37,127 bases of DNA from a virus (taxonomy: Duplodnaviria > Caudoviricetes), in the IMG/VR virus record IMGVR_UViG_3300012942_000087, positions 1 through 37,127 of that record; one strand, 5' to 3'. The position numbers and the translations under genes are program-made. The notes under the pieces were generated by a model, which saw only the letters and a list, made by a program, of their open reading frames with translations, was not told the origin of the DNA and did not search any database. Numbering within the stretch: the stretch's first letter is position 1; each line of letters opens with the position of its first letter. Below are positions 1 through 8,291 of this stretch, piece after piece.

Positions 1-123
1 GCGCGAACCGCTCATGCTGGGCATCTCTACCGCTGGCGTGAAGACGGACAGCACGGGTGGCGACTCGCTGTGCTACACGCTGCACCAGTACGGACAGCGG
101 GTGGCCTCCGGCGAGGTGACCGA
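1..123. repeat. Direct end overlap, identical to 37005..37127 (circular assembly overlap)
   Basis: Exact match; joining the ends restores one continuous terL frame. Confidence 0.95.
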
Positions 124-937
124 TCCCGCTTTCTACTACGAATATTGGGGAGCGCCCGAAGGTGCAGATCACACTGATCCTGCGGTTTGGGAATCTGCTA
201 ATCCGGGGTTCGATGACATCGTGTCCGCTGAGGATTTCGCTTCAGCGGTACTCCGCACGCCCGAAAATGAGTTTCGCACTAAGCGGCTCAATCAGTGGGT
301 GTCGACTGCGCAAGCGTGGTTGCCCGCCGGTACATGGGAAGCGTGTGAGGACGGCGACCGGGACATACCTGACGGTAGTGAAGTAGTCCTAGGTTTCGAC
401 GGGTCATTCAACAATGACTCTACGGCGTTGGTAGTCGTCGCAGTCCCGGAGGGAGACAAGCCGCCCCACGTTGACGTGGTAGCGGCATGGGAAAAGCCGC
501 AGGGTTCCATGAACGACTGGGCTGTCCCGGTTATCGACGTTGAGGACGAGATTCGCAAAGCTTGCCGCCGTTGGCAGGTTCGGGAAATCGTCTGTGACCC
601 GGCGCGTTGGGCGCGCTCGTATCAGATTCTCGAATCGGAAAACCTCCCGATTGTGGAGTATCCGCAGTCTCCGGCGCGCATGATCCCCGCTACTCAGCGG
701 TTCTATGAAGCCGTGATGAACAAGACGGTTTCACACAGTGGCGACCAGCGACTAGCGCGGCACCTAGCTAACTGTGTGGTGCGCACGGACTCGCGCGGAT
801 CGCGCATTAGCAAGGACTCTAAGGGCTCGCCCCGAAAGATCGACCTTGCCGTGTCCGCTGTGATGGCGCTTGACCGCGCATGCACTGAGCCGGAGACCGC
901 TCCGGAACCGCAGTTCTTTAGCTGGGCTGATCTATAG
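1..937 (+). CDS. terL: Terminase large subunit, C-terminal part (continues from 36430)
   Basis: ISTAG coupling motif, WESANPG, nuclease motifs LGFDGS..D.TA and KIDLAVSAVMA. Confidence 0.95.
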   Translation, partial: REPLMLGISTAGVKTDSTGGDSLCYTLHQYGQRVASGEVTDPAFYYEYWGAPEGADHTDPAVWESANPGFDDIVSAEDFASAVLRTPENEFRTKRLNQWVSTAQAWLPAGTWEACEDGDRDIPDGSEVVLGFDGSFNNDSTALVVVAVPEGDKPPHVDVVAAWEKPQGSMNDWAVPVIDVEDEIRKACRRWQVREIVCDPARWARSYQILESENLPIVEYPQSPARMIPATQRFYEAVMNKTVSHSGDQRLARHLANCVVRTDSRGSRISKDSKGSPRKIDLAVSAVMALDRACTEPETAPEPQFFSWADL

Positions 938-945
938 GAGTCACC

Positions 946-1137
946 ATGCGGAAGCAACTTCTCACGTGGGGAGTTGCCCTCAAGCGCGCAGCGCGGGCGA
1001 AGTTCTCGGATGCTTGCGACGTGGTGGGTATCGGCTGCCTTGTGGGGGCCGCATGGTGGTGGATTCCGGTCGTTGGGCTGGTCGCTACGGGTGTCGCGCT
1101 TCTCTTTATCGGATGGGTGACACATGAGTCTAGCTAG
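946..1137 (+). CDS. Small membrane protein between terL and portal
   Basis: AGGAG RBS, hydrophobic C-terminal hairpin, overlaps the portal start. Confidence 0.65.
   Translation: MRKQLLTWGVALKRAARAKFSDACDVVGIGCLVGAAWWWIPVVGLVATGVALLFIGWVTHESS
954..977. promoter_or_regulatory. 24-bp palindrome copy 1 (GCAACTTCTCACGTGGGGAGTTGC), putative operator
   Basis: Member of the 10-copy family; lies in the 5' part of the small ORF. Confidence 0.8.
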
Positions 1138-2377
1138 ACGCTCCGTAGAAAAGCGGGCGTTCCTTCCCAGCGGATCGGGTGACCCGTGGGCAATCCCCAC
1201 GAACGGCAGCCTTGCCGCTGTTACCACATCGGGCATGCCCGTCACTGAGTCAACGGCTATGAGCCTTCTCAGCGTGCATGCGTGCGTCCGTCTGCTCTCG
1301 GATACCGTGGCCAATCTGCCCTTTGACGCTGTGCGCATGGGTGGCGATAACGTACACAAGTCGATATCCCCTCAGCCTGCGATCATCTCGGACCCATTCG
1401 GCGGAGCGTCGGAACCGGGGCTACCCAAGCGGCGCGAAGGTCTGATTCAGATCATGGTCTCGCTGCTGCTGCGCGGTAACGCCTATCTCCAAATCGCCGC
1501 GCGGGATGAGCGGAATCAGAATCGCCCGCTCCGGCTTCGCGTGCTGCACCCCGATCGGGTGGCCTGCGCATACGACAAGACAGGCATGCGCCAATACGAG
1601 ATTGACCGTAAGCCGGTCGACTCCGCCGACATTGTGCACATCATCGGCATGAGCTACCCGGAACATCCGGTAGGCATGTCCGTGATCGAGCACGCACGGA
1701 ATTCCATCGGTCTCGGCCTTGCCGCTGAGATGTTCGGCTCCCGATTCTTCGGTAACGGCGCGCACATGGCCGGCGTTATTGAGGTAGAGGCGGACCTAGA
1801 CAAGGAAAAGGCCCGTGGGCTGAAGGAGTCGTTCACTGCCTCGCATGGCGGAGTCCAGAATTCCCATGCGGTCGGTGTCCTCTCCGGCGGAGCCAAGTGG
1901 ACACCGATTTCGGTCGCCCCGGAGGACGCCCAGTTCCTCGGTACCCGCGCTGCTCAGACGTTGGATATTGCCATGCTGTTTGGCGTTCCGCCTCACATGC
2001 TCGGGCAGGTCGATAAGACTACCTCTTGGGGTACCGGCATTGAACAGCAATCAATGGGGTTTCTCACCTACACCTTGAGCGCGTGGCTTGGACGCATTGA
2101 GGAAGCGTGGTCAGCGATGCTGGCCAAGGGGCAGCTTGCCCGCTTTGATGTCAACGCGCTGCTGCGCACGGACGAAGCCGGACGTTACGCGGTTTACAGC
2201 TCTGCCCGCGCCGCTGGGATTCTGACCCGCAACGAGATCCGCGCCCGCGAGAACTATCCGCCTGTTGACGGCGGAGACGATATCGACGCTCCGCTGAATT
2301 CCAACGTCAAGCCGCTCAAGGATACGCAGGCTGGCAAGAGTCAGCCTACGGCAGACGCACTAGGGGCGGTTTTGTAA
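1124..2377 (+). CDS. Portal protein, HK97 family
   Basis: VHACVRLLSDTVANLP, LLLRGNAY, DAQFL, IAMLFGVPPHMLG, LTRNEIRAREN motifs; synteny. Confidence 0.95.
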   Translation: MSLARRSVEKRAFLPSGSGDPWAIPTNGSLAAVTTSGMPVTESTAMSLLSVHACVRLLSDTVANLPFDAVRMGGDNVHKSISPQPAIISDPFGGASEPGLPKRREGLIQIMVSLLLRGNAYLQIAARDERNQNRPLRLRVLHPDRVACAYDKTGMRQYEIDRKPVDSADIVHIIGMSYPEHPVGMSVIEHARNSIGLGLAAEMFGSRFFGNGAHMAGVIEVEADLDKEKARGLKESFTASHGGVQNSHAVGVLSGGAKWTPISVAPEDAQFLGTRAAQTLDIAMLFGVPPHMLGQVDKTTSWGTGIEQQSMGFLTYTLSAWLGRIEEAWSAMLAKGQLARFDVNALLRTDEAGRYAVYSSARAAGILTRNEIRARENYPPVDGGDDIDAPLNSNVKPLKDTQAGKSQPTADALGAVL

Positions 2378-3162
2378 TGGATCTATCCGAGCGGGCAGAG
2401 GCCCGCAATTCGACTGAGTCTCGCTCTCGTCCGTTCGATGGGGCGGAGCTACGCGAAGACTCTGGGGGCAACTCGCTGACGTTTACCGGCTATGCCTCCG
2501 TATTCAACGCGCCGTATGTCGTCAGCGACTGGCTAGGCGAGTTCAACGAGACGGTTGCGCCGGGTGCGTTTCGTAATTCCCTCGCTGCGGGCGCTGATGT
2601 GCCTTTCAAGCTCAACCATGAGGGCATGACCCTCGCTCGCACCAAGAGCGGCACCATGCGGCTTGCGGAGGACGACAAGGGTCTGCACGTTGAGGCAAGC
2701 CTAGACCCGCGTAATCCTCAGGTTCAGGCGCTTCGCTCCGCGATGGACCGGGGCGACATTGACGAGATGTCTTTCGCCTTCCGCGTGACCGACGACATGT
2801 GGTCGCCCGACTATATGAACCGTACGGTTACCGGCGCTGATATCCACAAGGGTGATGTCAGCGCGGTGAACTACGGCGCGAATCCCGCTACGGCGGGGGC
2901 GAGTCTGCGCAGCGCTGAGGTTCGGCGGTTCGCGAATGCGCTCAATCGCGCCGCAGACCTTGACCCGGAGACCAAGGAACAGCTTCTACACGTTCTACAG
3001 CTTGTTTCCGCCGCTGACGCCGCCGTTGACGTGGCTCAGCCTGCGCTAGCGGACGTGCTAGGGGTCGAGAACCCTGATATCGACGCTGCGCCCGCCACTG
3101 AGATTGAGGCCAAGTCGCCTCTCTCGCTGTATGACCTGCGCCTCCGCGCGCTCTCCCTTTAA
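2377..3162 (+). CDS. Prohead (capsid maturation) protease, HK97 family
   Basis: FTGYASVFN, E.VAPGAF, LNH, EDDKGL, MSFAF, DVSAVNYGANPAT. Confidence 0.93.
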   Translation: MDLSERAEARNSTESRSRPFDGAELREDSGGNSLTFTGYASVFNAPYVVSDWLGEFNETVAPGAFRNSLAAGADVPFKLNHEGMTLARTKSGTMRLAEDDKGLHVEASLDPRNPQVQALRSAMDRGDIDEMSFAFRVTDDMWSPDYMNRTVTGADIHKGDVSAVNYGANPATAGASLRSAEVRRFANALNRAADLDPETKEQLLHVLQLVSAADAAVDVAQPALADVLGVENPDIDAAPATEIEAKSPLSLYDLRLRALSL

Positions 3163-3184
3163 GGCGCATCGGCGCCCATTCTGA

Positions 3185-3208
3185 GCAACTCCCCACGTGG
3201 GGAGTTGC
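3185..3208. promoter_or_regulatory. 24-bp palindrome copy 2 (perfect)
   Basis: GCAACTCCCCACGTGGGGAGTTGC in the protease-capsid gap. Confidence 0.85.
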
Positions 3209-3231
3209 CGTTACCCCCTGGAGTTTTACGT

Positions 3232-4581
3232 ATGGACAAGCGCAAGCTTATCGCTGATCTGTCCGCCAAGCGTTCGGGTCTTCGCGAGGGTCTTGACAAG
3301 CTAGTCGCTGAGGCCCGCGAGGCTAAGCGAGAGCTGACCGACGACGAGTCGGCCCGGTTTGACCGTGAAGAGGCGGAGATCCGCGCCGCTGACGCTGAGA
3401 TTCAGCGCCTAGATGAGCAGATCCGCGCGGATGAGCAGTATGCCGAGACCATGCGCCGGTACGCCCCGAAGCCGGGCGACGGTGTGACCAGCGAGCCGGA
3501 GGTCTACCGGCGGGGTGCTGGTGGGCAGTCCTATTTCAAGGACCTTTACCACGTCCGGCAGAACGGGGATGCGCAGGCGGCGGAGCGTCTTCGCCGGAAT
3601 GACCGGATCGTCGCCGAGAAGCGAGCCATTTCGACCGCGAACGGCGCGGGTGGCGAGTTCGTTCCTCCGCTGTGGCTAGAGAGCGAGTTTGTGAAGCTCG
3701 CCCGTCCGGGCCGCATCACTGCGAACCTTCTGCCGACTCAGGCGCTTCCGGCCGGTACCGACTCTATCAACATCCCGAAGGTCAACACCGGTACTGCGAC
3801 TGCTATTCAGACCACGCAGAATTCGCAGGTTCAGCAGACCGACCTAACCACCACGTCGATCTCTTCCAGCGTCTTCACTGTGGCCGGTGGGCAGACCATT
3901 TCGCTTCAGCTTCTAGAGCAGTCTCCGCTAAACATTGATGAGATCGTGCTCTCCGACCTTGCTGCGGCGTACGCGATGCAGTTCAACAGCCTGATCCTTA
4001 CCGGCTCCGGCACTGGCGGTAACCCCACCGGGATCATGACCCTGGCCGGTACCAACGCCATTGACCTACCGGCGGCCTCCAACACCGCTGCTGGCCTTTA
4101 CAAGGCTATCGGTAACGCGAAGGCGCAGATTCACACTAAGCGGTTCCTGCCGGCGGACACCATCATCATGCACCCGCGTCGGTGGGAGTGGCTAGAGACT
4201 CAGTCGGACACCACCGGTCGCCCGCTGGTCGTTCCTGCTGCCAACTCGCCGATGAATGCTCTTGCCAACCCCTCTGGCGTCGCCGCTGAGGGCTACGTGG
4301 GCACCATGGCGGGTCTGCCGGTCTTCGTTGACGCGCTGATCCCGACCAACCTCTCTGCGGACACTGGCGCCGACGAGGATGCGGTTCTGGTCATGCGTCG
4401 CGCCGACCTGATGGTTTTCGAGTCGGACATTCGCGCTGAGGCGTTCCAGCAGACCTACGCTCAGAATCTGTCGGTTTTCGTCAGGCTATACAACTACGGT
4501 TCTTTTCAGGCTGGCCGTTACCCGGGTTCGATTTCCATCATCACCGGTGCTGGTCTGACCGGCGACAACCTGTTTGCCTGA
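3232..4581 (+). CDS. Major capsid protein, HK97 fold with N-terminal coiled-coil (delta/scaffold) domain
   Basis: GGEFVPP, GSGTGGNPTGI, IMHPRRW, GLPVFVD; ATG 3232 after GGAG chosen instead of the track start inside the palindrome. Confidence 0.93.
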   Translation: MDKRKLIADLSAKRSGLREGLDKLVAEAREAKRELTDDESARFDREEAEIRAADAEIQRLDEQIRADEQYAETMRRYAPKPGDGVTSEPEVYRRGAGGQSYFKDLYHVRQNGDAQAAERLRRNDRIVAEKRAISTANGAGGEFVPPLWLESEFVKLARPGRITANLLPTQALPAGTDSINIPKVNTGTATAIQTTQNSQVQQTDLTTTSISSSVFTVAGGQTISLQLLEQSPLNIDEIVLSDLAAAYAMQFNSLILTGSGTGGNPTGIMTLAGTNAIDLPAASNTAAGLYKAIGNAKAQIHTKRFLPADTIIMHPRRWEWLETQSDTTGRPLVVPAANSPMNALANPSGVAAEGYVGTMAGLPVFVDALIPTNLSADTGADEDAVLVMRRADLMVFESDIRAEAFQQTYAQNLSVFVRLYNYGSFQAGRYPGSISIITGAGLTGDNLFA

Positions 4582-4596
4582 TAGGAGCGTTCCCCA

Positions 4597-5487
4597 GTGC
4601 AGTTGATTTACTGGACTGGGCAGGACGTTGGCCTTACGGCATCTCCGCTGGACGATTCCGGCAGCCCCGTTGACGGGTCTGTGGTGGTCTCTGTGGCCGT
4701 TACAGACCCGTCCGGGGCCACCACCACCCCCACGGTCTCAGCGACCGTCAGCGGGGCGTATGGAGCCGTTGTCGAGTCCGTGGCGGCCCCCGGGGTCTGG
4801 CTCTATCGCTGGACAGCGACCGGCCCCGGGGTTTCGTGGGCAAGCGAAGGGCAATTTCAGGTACGGGCGCCCGGTATTGAGACGCTGGTCGATCTCGCGT
4901 CGGTTAAGGCGCACCTGAATATCCCGCAGACCGATACGCGCCAGGATGACGAACTACAGGGGTTCATCCTCGCTGCCGGAGAGCTTGCCCGAGACCATTG
5001 CGGCCCGTTCCTGCCCGAGATGCATACGCAGTTTTTCGACGGGGGCTATTCACGGATCGTTCCCGATTGGCTGCCCGTAAAGCAAATCCTGTCTGTTACC
5101 GAGTACTACGGCCTTTCGGCGTTCGCGATTACCGAACAGCCGCTAGGCGCTCAGATGGACGCTTTCAGCTTCACCGCTGATTACACGACCGGCGAGCTAA
5201 CGCGACGCACTTTCGGAGGCGAAGCCGCCTACTGGGCGCGCGGAGCCAAGAACGTCAAGATGGTCTATATCGCGGGCCGCGACGAAGACGTGCCATACAG
5301 CATGCGCCTAGGCACGCTAGAGCTTGTCCGCCACCTATACCAGCTAACGCAGCAAGGCGGACGATCTCGCTTCGCCGGCAACGCGCTTGACGGAATGGAT
5401 GGGCCCGCTGTTCTTACCGGCTTTGCCCTGCCTCAGCGCGTGATTGAGCTTTGGTCGCCATACCGAAGGGTGCCAGGTATCGCATGA
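4597..5487 (+). CDS. Head-to-tail adaptor with an N-terminal beta-rich (Ig-like) extension
   Basis: LVDLASVKAHLNI...DDELQGFI.AA is gp6/gp15-like; follows the capsid gene. Confidence 0.7.
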   Translation: MQLIYWTGQDVGLTASPLDDSGSPVDGSVVVSVAVTDPSGATTTPTVSATVSGAYGAVVESVAAPGVWLYRWTATGPGVSWASEGQFQVRAPGIETLVDLASVKAHLNIPQTDTRQDDELQGFILAAGELARDHCGPFLPEMHTQFFDGGYSRIVPDWLPVKQILSVTEYYGLSAFAITEQPLGAQMDAFSFTADYTTGELTRRTFGGEAAYWARGAKNVKMVYIAGRDEDVPYSMRLGTLELVRHLYQLTQQGGRSRFAGNALDGMDGPAVLTGFALPQRVIELWSPYRRVPGIA

Positions 5488-5951
5488 CCATTCCAACCTC
5501 TACGGCGCCCGCTGCCCGACAGTGGCTATACGACCAGCTCTCGGCGACGCTGACTCCCGATCCGCTGTCGCCCGCCTCGCAACTGCTCGTTTGCTTTGAC
5601 GAACCCGGCCCCAATCAGCCGGACGACATTGTGAGCGTGGGCGACGTGAATCGCGCCTTTGAGCCCGGCTCGCTGGTCGGCGGCGGGGGACCGGGGTGGC
5701 TCCGTGAGCGGTACACCATCACGATCACGGTCGACGTGTTCCGGGGTGGGGACGACGCTCAGGGCTGCTACAGGCGTGCTCAACTGCTAGCCGATGGTGT
5801 GGTCAACGCCGTCCGGTCTGATCTGACGCTTGGCGGAGCCGTGATCACGGCCACGCCCATGAGCGATGCCGCCACTGGCGAGTGGGATCAGGACCACCTG
5901 GGGCGCCACGTCACCAGCACGATTGAAATTTCGTGCCTCGCTCAAATCTAA
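5484..5951 (+). CDS. Putative tail terminator / completion protein
   Basis: ATGA overlap; VRSDLTLGGAV motif; synteny. Confidence 0.55.
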   Translation: MTIPTSTAPAARQWLYDQLSATLTPDPLSPASQLLVCFDEPGPNQPDDIVSVGDVNRAFEPGSLVGGGGPGWLRERYTITITVDVFRGGDDAQGCYRRAQLLADGVVNAVRSDLTLGGAVITATPMSDAATGEWDQDHLGRHVTSTIEISCLAQI

Positions 5952-5960
5952 GGATCGCCA

Positions 5961-6215
5961 GTGCCCAAGTTCACATTCACTGGGTCGGTCCCGCTCTACT
6001 ACACGTCCACCGGACTCTTCGCTGAGCCCGGCAAGTCGTATGAGCTGGACTCCGCGCCCGATTCCCGTTGGAAGGCTGAGGGCGGTTCTACCGCTTCGGC
6101 AGCCGTTCCCGCCGCTGAGCCCGAACCCGACACGCTCAAGGCCGCTGAGGCCGTTCTAGCGGCCCATCCGGAGCTTGCGGCGGAGGTTCTAAAGGAGGCT
6201 GCCCCGAATGCCTAA
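5961..6215 (+). CDS. Small hypothetical virion-module protein
   Basis: AAGGA RBS, fills the gap before the tail tube gene. Confidence 0.55.
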   Translation: MPKFTFTGSVPLYYTSTGLFAEPGKSYELDSAPDSRWKAEGGSTASAAVPAAEPEPDTLKAAEAVLAAHPELAAEVLKEAAPNA

Positions 6216-7161
6216 GAGTACTTCTCGCAGTTCACTCGGACTGGCCAAGGAAGCCACTCCGGGTACCGCGCTTGCGCCTACCGTCTTCGTGCCGGTTACC
6301 GGCATCACACCGAAGGACAACGTTACTCAGCTAGAGGACAAGGCTTGGCGCGGCTCTATGGTCGACGCTTACGGCGTTCAGGCCGGGCCGATCAGCGGAG
6401 AGCTGTCGTTCGACGGCGATGTCTTCCCGGACACAGTTGGCTATCTGCTGCGCGGCATTCTGGGGGACCTTACCGAGACCGGGTCCGCGTCGCCCTACTC
6501 GCACACGTTCGCGCTGCTGAATTCCGGCGACGGCCAGCCGCCTACCTACTCGCTGACCGATTTCTATGCGGCCGGTACTCGCGTCTACGCTGGCGCGAAG
6601 TTCAGCGAGCTGGATTTCAAGCTGTCGCCCGACGCGCTTCTCACCTACAGCGCGAAGGCCACCACCTACGGGAGTGCGACGGCCACCACTCCGACCCCCG
6701 CCTACTCCGACGCGATTCCGCTCGCCGCGTGGCGCTCGACCGTGAGCATCAACGGCGCGCTGTTCTCGGAGATGACTGACGCCGAGATCGATATCAAGCG
6801 GACCGTGACCGTGGTCAAGGCGGTTGACGGGACGCAGGGGCCGTTCTCGCTGTGGGCTGGTGCTGTCGCTGTCGACGGCAAGGCAACCCTTGTCATGGAA
6901 GACGACACGTACCTATCCAAGTACCTGACCGCCGCATCGAATCAGCTTACTTTCGATCTCGCCCTAGGCGACGGTTCGGAGCTGACTTTTCAGATGTCTA
7001 ACGCTGTGGTTACCGCCGCCGACATCACGCGCGGCAAGGACTACATAGAACTACCGATCAGCTTCAAGGCGTACGCGAATACCACCGACGTGGGCGCCTC
7101 CGCCGGCTACGGGCCGCTGGTCGTCACCCTTAAGAACGCTATTGCCACCGGGAGTTACTAA
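6208..7161 (+). CDS. Major tail (tube) protein
   Basis: N-terminal LGLAKEATPGT, YSHTF, size and position. Confidence 0.85.
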   Translation: MPKSTSRSSLGLAKEATPGTALAPTVFVPVTGITPKDNVTQLEDKAWRGSMVDAYGVQAGPISGELSFDGDVFPDTVGYLLRGILGDLTETGSASPYSHTFALLNSGDGQPPTYSLTDFYAAGTRVYAGAKFSELDFKLSPDALLTYSAKATTYGSATATTPTPAYSDAIPLAAWRSTVSINGALFSEMTDAEIDIKRTVTVVKAVDGTQGPFSLWAGAVAVDGKATLVMEDDTYLSKYLTAASNQLTFDLALGDGSELTFQMSNAVVTAADITRGKDYIELPISFKAYANTTDVGASAGYGPLVVTLKNAIATGSY

Positions 7162-7163
7162 GC

Positions 7164-7586
7164 ATGACTGACGCCAAGCGCATTACCCTTCCGTCCGGCG
7201 CTACCGCTGATCTGCGCCCGGTCTGCGACATCACGGAGCGGCACCGCCGCCCTATCAAGCGACTACAGGCGCAGCTTATGAAGCTGACGGAGTTCGCTGA
7301 GGCTGTTCAGAAGGCGCAGGATAAGAAGCGGCTGAGCAAGGCGGATCGTGATGCGCTGGCCGAAGGTCTCGGCGACGCTTTCGACCCCCTGGAAGAGCTG
7401 AACGACCGGCTTGTCATTGCCGCTGTGCGCGGATGGTCGTATGACTTCCCGGTCGACTATGACAATCTGCTCGACCTGCCGGGGCGTGACATTGACGCGC
7501 TGCGCGAAGAGGTAGCCCCGTACCTTCACGAGATTTTCCCGGAGTTCGGCCCGAACAAGGACCGCGATACCCCTACTGGGGTCTAA
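7164..7586 (+). CDS. Tail assembly chaperone (G-like)
   Basis: Follows the tail tube gene; VRGWSYD motif; followed by an open -1 frame. Confidence 0.75.
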   Translation: MTDAKRITLPSGATADLRPVCDITERHRRPIKRLQAQLMKLTEFAEAVQKAQDKKRLSKADRDALAEGLGDAFDPLEELNDRLVIAAVRGWSYDFPVDYDNLLDLPGRDIDALREEVAPYLHEIFPEFGPNKDRDTPTGV

Positions 7587-7798
7587 AGCGCCTTCGGGGC
7601 GTTTTGGACGGAAAACATGAGTACTCGGACGACGAATGGCCGTCCGAGCAATACCGGACGTGGCGGCTTTGCACGCTGCTGCATTGCCGCCCGTCCGACC
7701 TTGAGAATGAGTCGGCGGTACAGCTCGACTGGCTGCTAGCGGTAGACGATGAAGTCGCCAAGCTCCGGCACGATAAGGAGAAGGCGGCTTATGGCTAG
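7535..7798 (+). CDS. Tail assembly chaperone extension (T-like), probably reached by -1 frameshift
   Basis: The -1 frame is open from before 7535 to 7798 (LCTLLHCRPSDL..LDWLL); candidate slip sites T TTC CCG 7535-7541 and CCCTAC 7571-7576. Confidence 0.6.
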   Translation, partial: FPGVRPEQGPRYPYWGLKRLRGVLDGKHEYSDDEWPSEQYRTWRLCTLLHCRPSDLENESAVQLDWLLAVDDEVAKLRHDKEKAAYG

Positions 7799-8291
7799 CA
7801 ATGCGATAGAGGGCATTAGCGCGATCGTCCGGGACATTAAGCCGGACCTGTCGGAGCTGGACGCCATCAATAAGCGGGTAGACCGCGCCACGCTGATGGC
7901 AATGAAGGCGTCGCAGACGCAGGCTAAGGCAGTAGTGAAGCAAAGCATGCGGGGTCGTCCGCGCTGGGCACAGCGAGGGGCGATCGGCAGCGGTAAGTCT
8001 GTGCCCGCTGTGAATCTGCATCGCACGCCGAATCACATTTCCCGCAGCGGGGGAATCGGCAGTCTGACCGGAACGCTGCGCGGTGCGGTAGGTGGAATGA
8101 AGCGCCCCAAGCGCACGGGAAATGCCGCCTACTCCGGTGGGATCGGCGCGGGCGGTCCGGAGTCGATCACCAATATCTATCGAAAGATTGACGAAGGCAA
8201 GTACCCGTACATGCGGCCCGGCGTGCAGAAGGCACAGCCGAGAATGCGCGCGGCGTGGGAGCGGGCTTGGGCTAAGGCGGTGAAGAAGTAA
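7791..8291 (+). CDS. HK97 gp10-like neck/tail protein
   Basis: Basic protein with TGTLR and KYPYMRPG motifs; AAGGAGAAGG upstream. Confidence 0.6.
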   Translation: MASNAIEGISAIVRDIKPDLSELDAINKRVDRATLMAMKASQTQAKAVVKQSMRGRPRWAQRGAIGSGKSVPAVNLHRTPNHISRSGGIGSLTGTLRGAVGGMKRPKRTGNAAYSGGIGAGGPESITNIYRKIDEGKYPYMRPGVQKAQPRMRAAWERAWAKAVKK

